NCBI GenBank assembly: GCA_964565195.1
Contig: CAZMCQ010000004.1
Span: forward strand, 133-64,132
Reading direction: 5' to 3'
DNA: 64,000 bases
DNA from: an uncultured Candidatus Saccharibacteria bacterium
Lineage (GTDB): Bacteria > Patescibacteriota > Doudnabacteria > UBA920 > 2-01-FULL-46-14
Part shown: piece after piece, positions 46,653-54,807 of the stretch
Numbering within the stretch: position 1 is the first letter of the stretch
How the letters are laid out: the number at the start of each line of letters is the position of its first letter
The notes under the pieces: model-generated
Databases searched by the model: none
What the model was told of the DNA's origin: nothing
Seen by the model: the letters and a program-made list of their open reading frames with translations, nothing else
Made by a program: the position numbers and the translations under genes

Positions 46653-47330
46653 ATGAGCTATATTAAGAGCTATATTAAGCTTGGCAACATCATCCGCCGT
46701 TCTTTGCCACAAGAGAAAGCCCCGCGATTTAGTCCGGAGCAGATCGAAAAAATCAAGACCGCGAGTGGCATCGCCCTGGTGATTATTGCGGCCGCCGGCG
46801 TGATTGCCGTTTCGGCCGTTGCTCCCAATATCTTTATTGCGATAGACAAACTATTTCTACGCAAACATCCCAACCGGCGCTTGTCACGAAAACAGCGCGA
46901 GGCCAAAGCGATTCGGGCATTTTATTACCTCAAAAAGCACAAATATATACGGATGAAGCGCACCAAAGAAGACTTTAAAATTTTTCTCACAAATTTAGGA
47001 GAAAAGAAGGTCAGACAACTCCAATTCGAACAGCTGCGCGTTCCAAAACCGGGACACTGGAACAGAAAATGGTGGCAAGTCGCGGCAGACATCCCCACGG
47101 AAGAATATAAATGGGCGGCGGACCTTTTGCGACAAAAATTGAAAGATATGAACTTCTTCCCACTCCAACGGACACTTTGGTTTTATCCTTATGATCCGAG
47201 AAAGGAAGTCGAATGGATAGTGCAAAATTATGGGATTGCGGACTTTGTAACCGTTATGGAGATAAACCGTCTGGATAAAGATGATGAGAGAAAGATGGAG
47301 AAGTTTTTTGGAAAGGAAAAAATCCTTTAA
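46653..47330 (+). CDS. Hypothetical protein with one TM helix, flanked by twin palindromic sites.
   Basis: ORF; TM segment IALVIIAAAGVIAVSAVAPNIFIAI. Confidence 0.55.
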   Translation: MSYIKSYIKLGNIIRRSLPQEKAPRFSPEQIEKIKTASGIALVIIAAAGVIAVSAVAPNIFIAIDKLFLRKHPNRRLSRKQREAKAIRAFYYLKKHKYIRMKRTKEDFKIFLTNLGEKKVRQLQFEQLRVPKPGHWNRKWWQVAADIPTEEYKWAADLLRQKLKDMNFFPLQRTLWFYPYDPRKEVEWIVQNYGIADFVTVMEINRLDKDDERKMEKFFGKEKIL

Positions 47331-47340
47331 ATTTATTTGA

Positions 47341-47372
47341 ACCAAAATTAACGCAATTGCGTGGATTTTGGT
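47341..47372 (+). promoter_or_regulatory. Second copy of the 32-bp palindromic site (ACCAAAATTAACGCAATTGCGTGGATTTTGGT).
   Basis: 28/32 identical to the copy at 46610. Confidence 0.55.
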
Positions 47373-47478
47373 AGGAACGATTTAAGGAGGGTTTGGGCTT
47401 TTGAGAAAAGGAGGGCAAGGGAGGGCAAAGCGAAAAGAGACTGAATATCATTTTGTCCAGCTGCGGAAAAATGATACA

Positions 47479-48243
47479 ATGAATTCTATGGAAAAGTTTA
47501 TCAAAAATTTAGCACGGGATGCGGGAAGAATTCTCCGCGATGGTTTTCGAAGCAAACTGAAGATCAATTACAAAAGCGGCAATATTTTTGATATTGTTAC
47601 GCAGTACGATTTGAAATCAAAGGAATTCATCATCGGGAAAATTTTGCAAAAATATCCAAGGCACGGCATCATGGCCGAGGAGTCAGGATATAATAATAAA
47701 AGAGACAACATTTGGATTATTGATCCTTTGGATGGCACACGCGCCTTCAGTCGCGGGATCCCGCAGTTCTCGGTAAGCATCGCTTTTGTGAGCAGGAATA
47801 AAATTCAGCTTGGAGTAATCTACGACCCAATCCATGATGAATTATTTTTTGGTCAAAGCGGGAGAGGGAGCAGGTTAAATGCACGGCGAATGTTAGTCAA
47901 TCCAACGCAGCAGCTTACTCATGCGCTAACTTTCTTGCAATTTGTATCCAACAAAATACCAAAGCTCCATAAAAGGGTATTTCGGTTCATGGCTGAACGC
48001 GATGTTACTATTTCTCAATTTGGCAGCACGGCCTTGGCCGGGGCGAATGTGGCCTGCGGGCGATTTGATGCGGTTGTCAGCAATCGTCAATCACCCTGGG
48101 ATATTGCCGCCGCGGGGTTGATCCTCCGCGAGGCGGGAGCGAAAGTCACGGATTTTGATAATCAGCCTTATTCTTGGCAAAAACGGCAGATGCTCGCCGC
48201 CAATTCTACTTTACATAAGCAAATAATTAAAATTTTGAATTAG
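47479..48243 (+). CDS. suhB: Inositol monophosphatase family protein (SuhB/CysQ-like).
   Basis: WIIDPLDGTRAF, EE..., WDIAAAGLIL. The track ORF starts at 47401; the internal Met at 47479 is the likelier start. Confidence 0.8.
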   Translation: MNSMEKFIKNLARDAGRILRDGFRSKLKINYKSGNIFDIVTQYDLKSKEFIIGKILQKYPRHGIMAEESGYNNKRDNIWIIDPLDGTRAFSRGIPQFSVSIAFVSRNKIQLGVIYDPIHDELFFGQSGRGSRLNARRMLVNPTQQLTHALTFLQFVSNKIPKLHKRVFRFMAERDVTISQFGSTALAGANVACGRFDAVVSNRQSPWDIAAAGLILREAGAKVTDFDNQPYSWQKRQMLAANSTLHKQIIKILN

Positions 48244-48669
48244 ATGGAAAGACCGCCATTGCACATTGTTGCCGTAACGGGGGTGGTGATCAACGGAGCA
48301 AGATTTCTAGCCGGAAAAAGATCCGAAGATGAAATAGCATTTCCTGGAAAATATGTTGTACCGGGAGGCAAGGTGGATAATGGAAAAAGCATAGAGGAAA
48401 CACTAAGGGAAGAAATCCGGGAGGAGGCCGGAGTGGAGGTTCAAAATATTTTTTACGTTGGAGATTTTCAGTTTATAAGACCGGATCACAACCCGGTAAT
48501 GGGTTTGGAATTTGGCTGTGAATATATCTCGGGTGAAGTGCAGCCAGGGGAAGACATGGACACTATGGAGTGGTTGACTATTGAGGAAGCAGAAAAATTA
48601 GATTTTATCCCCGGAGTGATTGATTATGTGAAGAAGGCATTTGAACTTTATAATAACCAGCGAAAATAG
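48244..48669 (+). CDS. NUDIX hydrolase.
   Basis: Nudix box GGKVDNGKSIEETLREEIREEAGVEV. Confidence 0.85.
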   Translation: MERPPLHIVAVTGVVINGARFLAGKRSEDEIAFPGKYVVPGGKVDNGKSIEETLREEIREEAGVEVQNIFYVGDFQFIRPDHNPVMGLEFGCEYISGEVQPGEDMDTMEWLTIEEAEKLDFIPGVIDYVKKAFELYNNQRK

Positions 48670-48690
48670 TGCGAAGCCTTTATTATTTAC

Positions 48691-51600
48691 ATGTATAGCC
48701 ACAAAAAGATTGAACCGAAGTGGCAGCGTTGGTGGCAGAAGCAGAAACTTTATGCCACGCCGAAGAAGCTGGGCCGGAAAAAGCAGTATGTTTTGGATAT
48801 GTTTCCATACCCTTCGGGCGCGGGGCTGCATGTCGGGCACCCCGAGGGCTATACCGCGACGGACATTTACTCACGCTATTTGCGGATGAACGGCTATAAT
48901 GTGCTGCATCCGATGGGCTGGGACGCGTTTGGGCTGCCGGCGGAAAACTATGCCATCAAAGAGGGAATTCACCCGGCCAAATCGACAGCCGCGAATATCA
49001 AACGCTTTCGCGAGCAGATAAAGATGCTCGGGCTTTCCTATGACTGGGACCGCGAGATAAACACTGCTGATCCTGACTACTATAAATGGACGCAGTGGCT
49101 GTTTTTGAAATTCTACGAGAAAGGCCTCGCGTACCGCAAAGAGGCCAGCGTGAACTGGTGTCCCGAGGACCAGACAGTGCTCGCCAATGAGCAGGTCATC
49201 AATGGCCACTGCGAGCGCTGCGGCACCGCAGTCGTGCAAAAACTTCTGCCACAATGGTTTTTGAAGATCACTGACTATGCCGACCGCCTTCTGGCAGGTT
49301 TGGACAAGATTGATTGGCCGGAGCCGATCAAGCTGATGCAGCGAAACTGGATCGGCCGCTCGGAAGGCGCGGAAATGGAGTTTGGAATCAAGAATCAAGA
49401 ATCAAGAATCAAGAATTTTGTCTTGCTACATGGATTTAATGGTAATCCCTCGGGTGTGTTTTTGCCGTGGGTTGCAAAAGAATTACGAAAAGCGGGATTC
49501 AAAGTTCAAATTCCGCAGTTGCCTAATCCTGCAAATCCGACTGAAGAAGAACAGGTTTGGCATGTGCTAAAAAATATTGAATTTGATGAAAATACAGTTT
49601 TGCTTGGTCATAGTCTTGGTGCAGTTGTCGCTATGAAAGTTCTTGAAAGATTAAATATAAAGATCGCGGGACTTGTTTTGGTGGGCGGTTTCGTTGAGCA
49701 TAATTTCAAAGATAGGCCGCGGCCTTTTGATAAAACTTTTTCCTGGAAGTTTGATTTTTCAAAGATTCGAAAAAAAGCAGGCTTTGTAAAAATTCTAAGT
49801 TCGGTGGATGATTATGCGGTTCCTATCGAACAAGGACGGATATTACAAGAGAAATTGCGAGGCGAATTGGTCGAAATCAAAGGCGAGAAGCCGCATTTTA
49901 CGAATACTGAAGAGCCAGTTGTTTTGGAAGCATTACTGCCGAAGATTAAGATCTTCACCACGCGCCCGGACACGATCTATGGCGCGACATATATGGTGCT
50001 GGCGCCGGAACACCCGCTCGTCGTTTCGCTCCTCGCGTCCACCCCCTCCTTTTCCTCCCCCCTCGAGGGGGAGGAGGGGTGGGGGGGAATTCAAAATCCA
50101 AAGGAAGTCAGAAAATACATTGATGAGGCAAGGAAGAAGACAGAGCTGCAGCGTACCGCGCTTGAGAAGGATAAGACTGGCGTTGAGCTGAAAGGGATCA
50201 AGGCGATCAATCCAGCGACTAAAGAAGAAATTCCGGTCTGGATCGCGGATTATGTCCTGATGGGCTATGGCACAGGCGCCATCATGGCCGTGCCGGCTCA
50301 CGACGAGCGGGATTTTGTTTTTGCAAAAAAATATAAGCTGCCGATTAGAAAGGTAATTATTCCACCGGAAATAGTTAGTGAACCAGTCCAGCCGCCCAGT
50401 CCTGGCGCTTGGGGGCATCTTGACGCGGATTTGGAAGCTGACGTGTGGATTGGAGACGGTAAGCTTGTGAATTCCGGAAAGTTTAACGGACAGGATTCGG
50501 AAAAGGCCAAATGGAAAATAACGGCTTTGGTAAACGGGGTTAAAAAGGTCCAGTACAAACTCCGCGATTGGTTGATAAGTCGCCAGCGGTACTGGGGGGC
50601 GCCGATTCCGATTGTTTATTGTGAGGACTGTGGAATACAGCCGGTTCCTGAAAAAGATCTGCCAGTGAAACTGCCGACAGACGTGGATTTCCGGCCGACT
50701 GGCGAGTCCCCGCTTGCGCGGTCAAAAAGTTTTCATGAAGTGAAATGCCCGAATTGCGGCAAAGCCGCGCGGCGCGATACGGATACAATGGATACATTTG
50801 TGGATTCCTCCTGGTACTATTTGCGTTTCACTGACCCGCACAACAAAAAAGAATTCGCCTCGAAAAAAGAGACAAGTAAATGGTGTCCGGTGGATGTGTA
50901 TGTCGGCGGCGCGGAGCACGCGGTGCTGCACCTGATGTACGCGCGGTTTTTCTGGAAGGCGCTCGCGGATATGAAGCTGGTCAACGGCTCAACCGCGGAT
51001 GAGCCGTTTCTGAAGCTGCGCAATCAGGGTCTGATTTTGGGCCCGGATGGCCAGAAAATGAGCAAATCACGAGGCAATGTGATAAATCCGGACGATGTCG
51101 TGGATGAATATGGCGCGGACTCAATGCGGATGTTCGAGATGTTTATGGGGCCCCTGGAGGACGCCAAGCCTTGGAGTACGCAGGGGATAAAAGGGGTGCG
51201 AAGATTTTTGGAGAAGGGATGGCGATTGTTCTCTGACGTCATTCCCGCGCAGGCGGGAATCCAGACTGGATCCCGGATCAAGTCCGGGATGACAGAAACA
51301 CAAAGACTCCTTCATAAAACCATTAAGAAAGTAGGCGAGGATATTAAATCTTTCAAATTTAACACCGCGGTTTCGGCAATGATGATATTGGTGAATGAAA
51401 TGACCCTTCGACAAGCTCAGGGTATAAATAAAAAAGATTGGGAGACATTTTTGAAACTCCTCGCCCCCTTTGCGCCGCACATGGCCGAGGAGTTATGGCA
51501 GAAATTGGGTCACAAGAAATCCGTTCACCTCGAGCCATGGCCGCAGTATGACGAAAAATTGGTTGAAGAGGAAGAGGTAAATATCGTCGTCCAGGTGAAT

Positions 51601-51756
51601 GGCAAAGTTCGGGCGACTTTTAAGGCGTCGAGGAGCGCGTCGCAGGTCGATATTGAAAAATTGGCCAAAGCAGATGAGAACGTGGCAAAATATCTCGAAG
51701 GCAAAGTCAGGAAAGTTATTTTTGTTCCAGGCAAGGTAATTAACTTCGTCATCTGA
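48691..51756 (+). CDS. leuS: Leucine--tRNA ligase carrying an inserted serine-hydrolase domain and two short palindromic insertions.
   Basis: HVGHPEGY (HIGH), KMSKSRGN, CP1 TTRPDTIYGATY, anticodon-binding region; 1021 aa. Confidence 0.95.
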   Translation: MYSHKKIEPKWQRWWQKQKLYATPKKLGRKKQYVLDMFPYPSGAGLHVGHPEGYTATDIYSRYLRMNGYNVLHPMGWDAFGLPAENYAIKEGIHPAKSTAANIKRFREQIKMLGLSYDWDREINTADPDYYKWTQWLFLKFYEKGLAYRKEASVNWCPEDQTVLANEQVINGHCERCGTAVVQKLLPQWFLKITDYADRLLAGLDKIDWPEPIKLMQRNWIGRSEGAEMEFGIKNQESRIKNFVLLHGFNGNPSGVFLPWVAKELRKAGFKVQIPQLPNPANPTEEEQVWHVLKNIEFDENTVLLGHSLGAVVAMKVLERLNIKIAGLVLVGGFVEHNFKDRPRPFDKTFSWKFDFSKIRKKAGFVKILSSVDDYAVPIEQGRILQEKLRGELVEIKGEKPHFTNTEEPVVLEALLPKIKIFTTRPDTIYGATYMVLAPEHPLVVSLLASTPSFSSPLEGEEGWGGIQNPKEVRKYIDEARKKTELQRTALEKDKTGVELKGIKAINPATKEEIPVWIADYVLMGYGTGAIMAVPAHDERDFVFAKKYKLPIRKVIIPPEIVSEPVQPPSPGAWGHLDADLEADVWIGDGKLVNSGKFNGQDSEKAKWKITALVNGVKKVQYKLRDWLISRQRYWGAPIPIVYCEDCGIQPVPEKDLPVKLPTDVDFRPTGESPLARSKSFHEVKCPNCGKAARRDTDTMDTFVDSSWYYLRFTDPHNKKEFASKKETSKWCPVDVYVGGAEHAVLHLMYARFFWKALADMKLVNGSTADEPFLKLRNQGLILGPDGQKMSKSRGNVINPDDVVDEYGADSMRMFEMFMGPLEDAKPWSTQGIKGVRRFLEKGWRLFSDVIPAQAGIQTGSRIKSGMTETQRLLHKTIKKVGEDIKSFKFNTAVSAMMILVNEMTLRQAQGINKKDWETFLKLLAPFAPHMAEELWQKLGHKKSVHLEPWPQYDEKLVEEEEVNIVVQVNGKVRATFKASRSASQVDIEKLAKADENVAKYLEGKVRKVIFVPGKVINFVI
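49383..49953 (+). other. In-frame insertion encoding a complete YdeN-family serine hydrolase (alpha/beta hydrolase, PF06821-like) within leuS.
   Basis: NFVLLHGFNGNPSGVFLPWVAKELRKAGFKVQIPQLPNP...VLLGHSLGAVVAMKVL...GGFVEHNF...SSVDDYAVP...GEKPHF. It aligns along its length with Bacillus YdeN and is AT-rich relative to the flanks. Confidence 0.75.
50040..50087 (+). repeat. Nested GC-rich palindromic element in frame in leuS (encodes TPSFSSPLEGEEGWGG).
   Basis: caccccctcc-ttt-tcctcccccctcgagggggagga-ggggtggggg. Confidence 0.7.
51237..51293 (+). repeat. Second-type double-hairpin element in frame in the 3' part of leuS.
   Basis: GTCAT-TCCCGC-GCAG-GCGGGA-atccagactgg-ATCCCGGA-tcaag-TCCGGGAT-GAC; encodes VIPAQAGIQTGSRIKSGMT. 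Confidence 0.5.
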
Positions 51757-52427
51757 TGCAGGCGGTAATTCTCGCAGCTGGTTTGGGGACCCGGATGGGC
51801 AGGCTCACCGAGGACACCCCCAAGCCGCTGCTTCGAATAGGAAACAGGACGATTATCGAGCAAAGTTTGGAATCCTTGCCGGAAGAGATCGGCGAGGTGG
51901 TCGTTGTTATTGGTTATCTGGGTGACAAAATAAAACAGTTCTTAGGCAAGGAGTTTGGTGGAAAGAAAATAAAATATGTGATGCAGGCAAAGCTGAAAGG
52001 TACTGCTGACGCGCTCTTTCGGTGCAAGGATTTTCTATATAATGATTTCTTAGTTTTGATGGGGGATGATATTTATTCCAGAGAAGATTTGAGCGAATTA
52101 ACCGGGAAAACACTGGCCATACTGACTTTAGAACTGCAAACCGACGATGTTGCTGGCGAAAAGCACGCCATAGTTAAAACCGATGAAGCGGGCAATGTTA
52201 TGGATATAGTCGAGCGGCAACCAGGTAAAAAGGGGGATTTGGTCAATGCGGGCGCGTATATGCTAAATACCGAAGTCTTTCAGTATCCTCAGGTCAAAGC
52301 CGGCAATCAGACAGAGGAGTTCGGCCTGCCGCAGACTTTTATGCAAATGATCCGGGCTGGCGCGAAAATGCAGGTGGTCAAGGCGAAAAATTGGAGAAAG
52401 ATCACTTCGCCGGAGGACCTCAAATGA
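51756..52427 (+). CDS. Nucleotidyltransferase (sugar-phosphate NTP-transferase family).
   Basis: MQAVILAAGLGTRMGRLTEDTPKPLL; TGATG overlap with leuS. Confidence 0.75.
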   Translation: MQAVILAAGLGTRMGRLTEDTPKPLLRIGNRTIIEQSLESLPEEIGEVVVVIGYLGDKIKQFLGKEFGGKKIKYVMQAKLKGTADALFRCKDFLYNDFLVLMGDDIYSREDLSELTGKTLAILTLELQTDDVAGEKHAIVKTDEAGNVMDIVERQPGKKGDLVNAGAYMLNTEVFQYPQVKAGNQTEEFGLPQTFMQMIRAGAKMQVVKAKNWRKITSPEDLK

Positions 52428-53665
52428 AGATATTTCTAGATTTTGACGGGGTTTTGCACGATACGCGTCGGATGATAGACCGCACCAACACCCTGCTTAA
52501 GAAATTTGGCGTAGACCCGCAGGTGTGGGCTGATTCCTGGGAAGCCATGAGCCAGCCGGATCATTATAAGGTCGGGCTTTACACCATTGAACAGCACGCG
52601 CAGCAATATGCCAAAATTCGTAAATTCAACACAAGAAAATTTGTCGAGGATTATTGGAAGTTTCACGACGGGATTAATTACCTGCACAAAGAGACGCGAG
52701 ATTTTATTAGGAGGGTCAACAAAATTAGCGAGCCGACCCTGCTTACGCATGGCGACCCCGAATTTCAGATGCGTAAGATCACCAGAAGCGGTACGTATAA
52801 ATTAGTCAAAAAGATTGTCGTCGTGCCGAGCTTGAAATCACGCAGCATTGGAAAATTATTGGACAAAAAAGCACTTAATGTGCTGATTGATGACAATCCT
52901 TTTGAAGTTGAGGAGATGAAGCGAAGTTTTCCCAAGGTTGTCGTCATCCACATTAGCCGTCAAATTTTGAGGCATTGGACGAAACCAGTGAGCGCAGATT
53001 TTTATGTGAGCAATCTCAAGCAAGCTCTGGTAATCCTCGAATTGCTGGACGAAACATTCACGAAAGATGCGAGCAAAGTTGTGCAGTATCTCAAAAAAGG
53101 CAAAGCCGTGGTTTATCCCACGGACACGGCTTATGGGCTGGGCGTGGATGCTTTTAATCCAAAAGCCGTGAGAAACCTTTACCGAATCAAAAATCAGAGC
53201 TTGAAAAAACCCGTGCATGTGATTGTGGACAGTGTGGCAATGGTGGAGAAGATCGCAGTACTAGATTCTATTGCTCGAAAACTGATGAAGAAATATTGGC
53301 CGGGCCCGTTGACCTTGGTGCTACCCCTCACCCCCACCCTCTCCCGCAAGGGGAGAGGGGGTTCATGGAAATTACTTTCCAGCGGGACGGGGACGATCGG
53401 CGTGCGAATGCCGGATAATAAGATTGCCTTGCAATTAGTTAGAAAACTTGGTCGGCCAATCACAACCACGTCCGCGAATCTACACGGCGGGCCGACGTCT
53501 TATTCCGCGATTGATTCGTTCAAACAATTTTTCCTCAAAAAGTACCAGCCGGATTTGTATTTGGACGCTGGGGTTTTGCCGAAACAAAAACCATCAACTA
53601 TCATCAAAATAGAACAAAATAAAATAAAAACTTTGCGAAAGGGGCCGATTCGTGCTTCGCCTTAG
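52424..53665 (+). CDS. Fusion protein: HAD-like hydrolase N-domain plus L-threonylcarbamoyladenylate synthase (YrdC/TsaC) C-domain, carrying an in-frame palindromic insertion.
   Basis: N-domain DFDGVLHD (HAD motif I) and LIDDNP (motif IV); C-domain KGKAVVYPTDTAYGLGVDAFNPKAVRNLYRIKNQSLKKPVHV. The track ORF begins at 52391. Confidence 0.7.
   Translation: MKIFLDFDGVLHDTRRMIDRTNTLLKKFGVDPQVWADSWEAMSQPDHYKVGLYTIEQHAQQYAKIRKFNTRKFVEDYWKFHDGINYLHKETRDFIRRVNKISEPTLLTHGDPEFQMRKITRSGTYKLVKKIVVVPSLKSRSIGKLLDKKALNVLIDDNPFEVEEMKRSFPKVVVIHISRQILRHWTKPVSADFYVSNLKQALVILELLDETFTKDASKVVQYLKKGKAVVYPTDTAYGLGVDAFNPKAVRNLYRIKNQSLKKPVHVIVDSVAMVEKIAVLDSIARKLMKKYWPGPLTLVLPLTPTLSRKGRGGSWKLLSSGTGTIGVRMPDNKIALQLVRKLGRPITTTSANLHGGPTSYSAIDSFKQFFLKKYQPDLYLDAGVLPKQKPSTIIKIEQNKIKTLRKGPIRASP
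53324..53361 (+). repeat. GC-rich palindromic element in frame in the HAD-YrdC gene (encodes PLTPTLSRKGRGGS).
   Basis: cccctcacccccaccctctcccgcaaggggagaggg; its 21-mer core matches the parB copy. Confidence 0.75.
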
Positions 53666-54806
53666 CCATTTTCATTACTTTTCCCGCGCGCTCTCCCGCG
53701 AAACCTCGGAGGTATACTGGCATGCGATCATAAATAACCTGGCGCTCGCCATGGTGTTTATTTTCGAGCCGATCTATCTCTGGACGCTTGGTTATTCGCT
53801 TATTCAGATAATGTGGTTTTACGTCCAGGTTTACGTCTGGTACGCGTTTTTAGTGGGCGCCGGCGCCAAATTTGCCAGCCGCCTCGGCTACAAGCATTCC
53901 ATCTTCCTCTCCAATTTTTTCTACGTATTTTACTGGCTCGCGCTTTTTTCCACAAAAAGTTACCCCCTGTTATTTTTCATCGCGCCAATTTTATTTGCTT
54001 CGCAAAAGTCCCTGTTCTGGCCGGCCTACAATGCGGATATCGCGCTTGCGGAGCAGAAAAAGCAGCGCGGCCGCGAGCTCGGCGTGCTCTTTTCGCTGCA
54101 GCAGCTGGCCTTCATTGCCGGGCCATTCTTGGGAGGTTTTATCTCCGGCGTCTTTGGCTTCAAAATTTTGTTTTCCATAAGCTCGGCGCTGATGATGCTC
54201 TCTGTTTATCCGCTTTTTCGCAGTCCGGAGATCTATTCGCGGCACAGATTTCACTTCCGCCGGCTCTGGCAGATTCTGCGGCGGCACACCCGCAATTTCT
54301 TCGGCTACTGGGGCTATGCCGAGGATCTGATGTTGATGAGTTTATGGCCGATATATATGTTCATGGTCGTGCCGAATTTCTTTGGCCTCGGCACGGTTTC
54401 GATGATTGCGACCCTCGTCGGAACTGTTATAATGTTGTATGTCGGACGGCTTACGGATCGAACCAATAAACGCAAGCTCGTGGAGGAGGCCGCCGTTTTT
54501 TATGGGATCACCTGGCTTATCCGGTTTGTGGCGCGCGACCTGCCGACCGTGTTGATTATGGATTCCGTAACGAAGACCGGCAAAAGTGTCACCAACCTGC
54601 CCATGGTCGCGCTCACTTTTGACCGGACCGGGCAGGGGAGCGCGGATTTCGCGATCGCCTACAGCGTGTTTGTGGAATTTGCCCTTTCCATCGGCAAAGT
54701 TATCACGGCCCTTGCCGCCATCGCGATTTTATATTTCACCGGCAGCCTGTTCCTCGTTTTTGCCCTCGTTGGCTTTATGACCATGTTATATAGCTTAATA
54801 AAGTGA
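53652..54806 (+). CDS. MFS-type transporter.
   Basis: 12 TM helices; motif-A-like GRLTDRTNKRKL. Confidence 0.6.
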   Translation: MLRLSHFHYFSRALSRETSEVYWHAIINNLALAMVFIFEPIYLWTLGYSLIQIMWFYVQVYVWYAFLVGAGAKFASRLGYKHSIFLSNFFYVFYWLALFSTKSYPLLFFIAPILFASQKSLFWPAYNADIALAEQKKQRGRELGVLFSLQQLAFIAGPFLGGFISGVFGFKILFSISSALMMLSVYPLFRSPEIYSRHRFHFRRLWQILRRHTRNFFGYWGYAEDLMLMSLWPIYMFMVVPNFFGLGTVSMIATLVGTVIMLYVGRLTDRTNKRKLVEEAAVFYGITWLIRFVARDLPTVLIMDSVTKTGKSVTNLPMVALTFDRTGQGSADFAIAYSVFVEFALSIGKVITALAAIAILYFTGSLFLVFALVGFMTMLYSLIK

Positions 54807-54807
54807 T

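Noticed and set aside
49383-49953. An intein in leuS.
   Set aside because: The insert begins with Gly (not Cys/Ser/Thr) and ends ...KIKI followed by F (no His-Asn plus nucleophile). It aligns to a serine hydrolase, not a Hint/homing-endonuclease fold.
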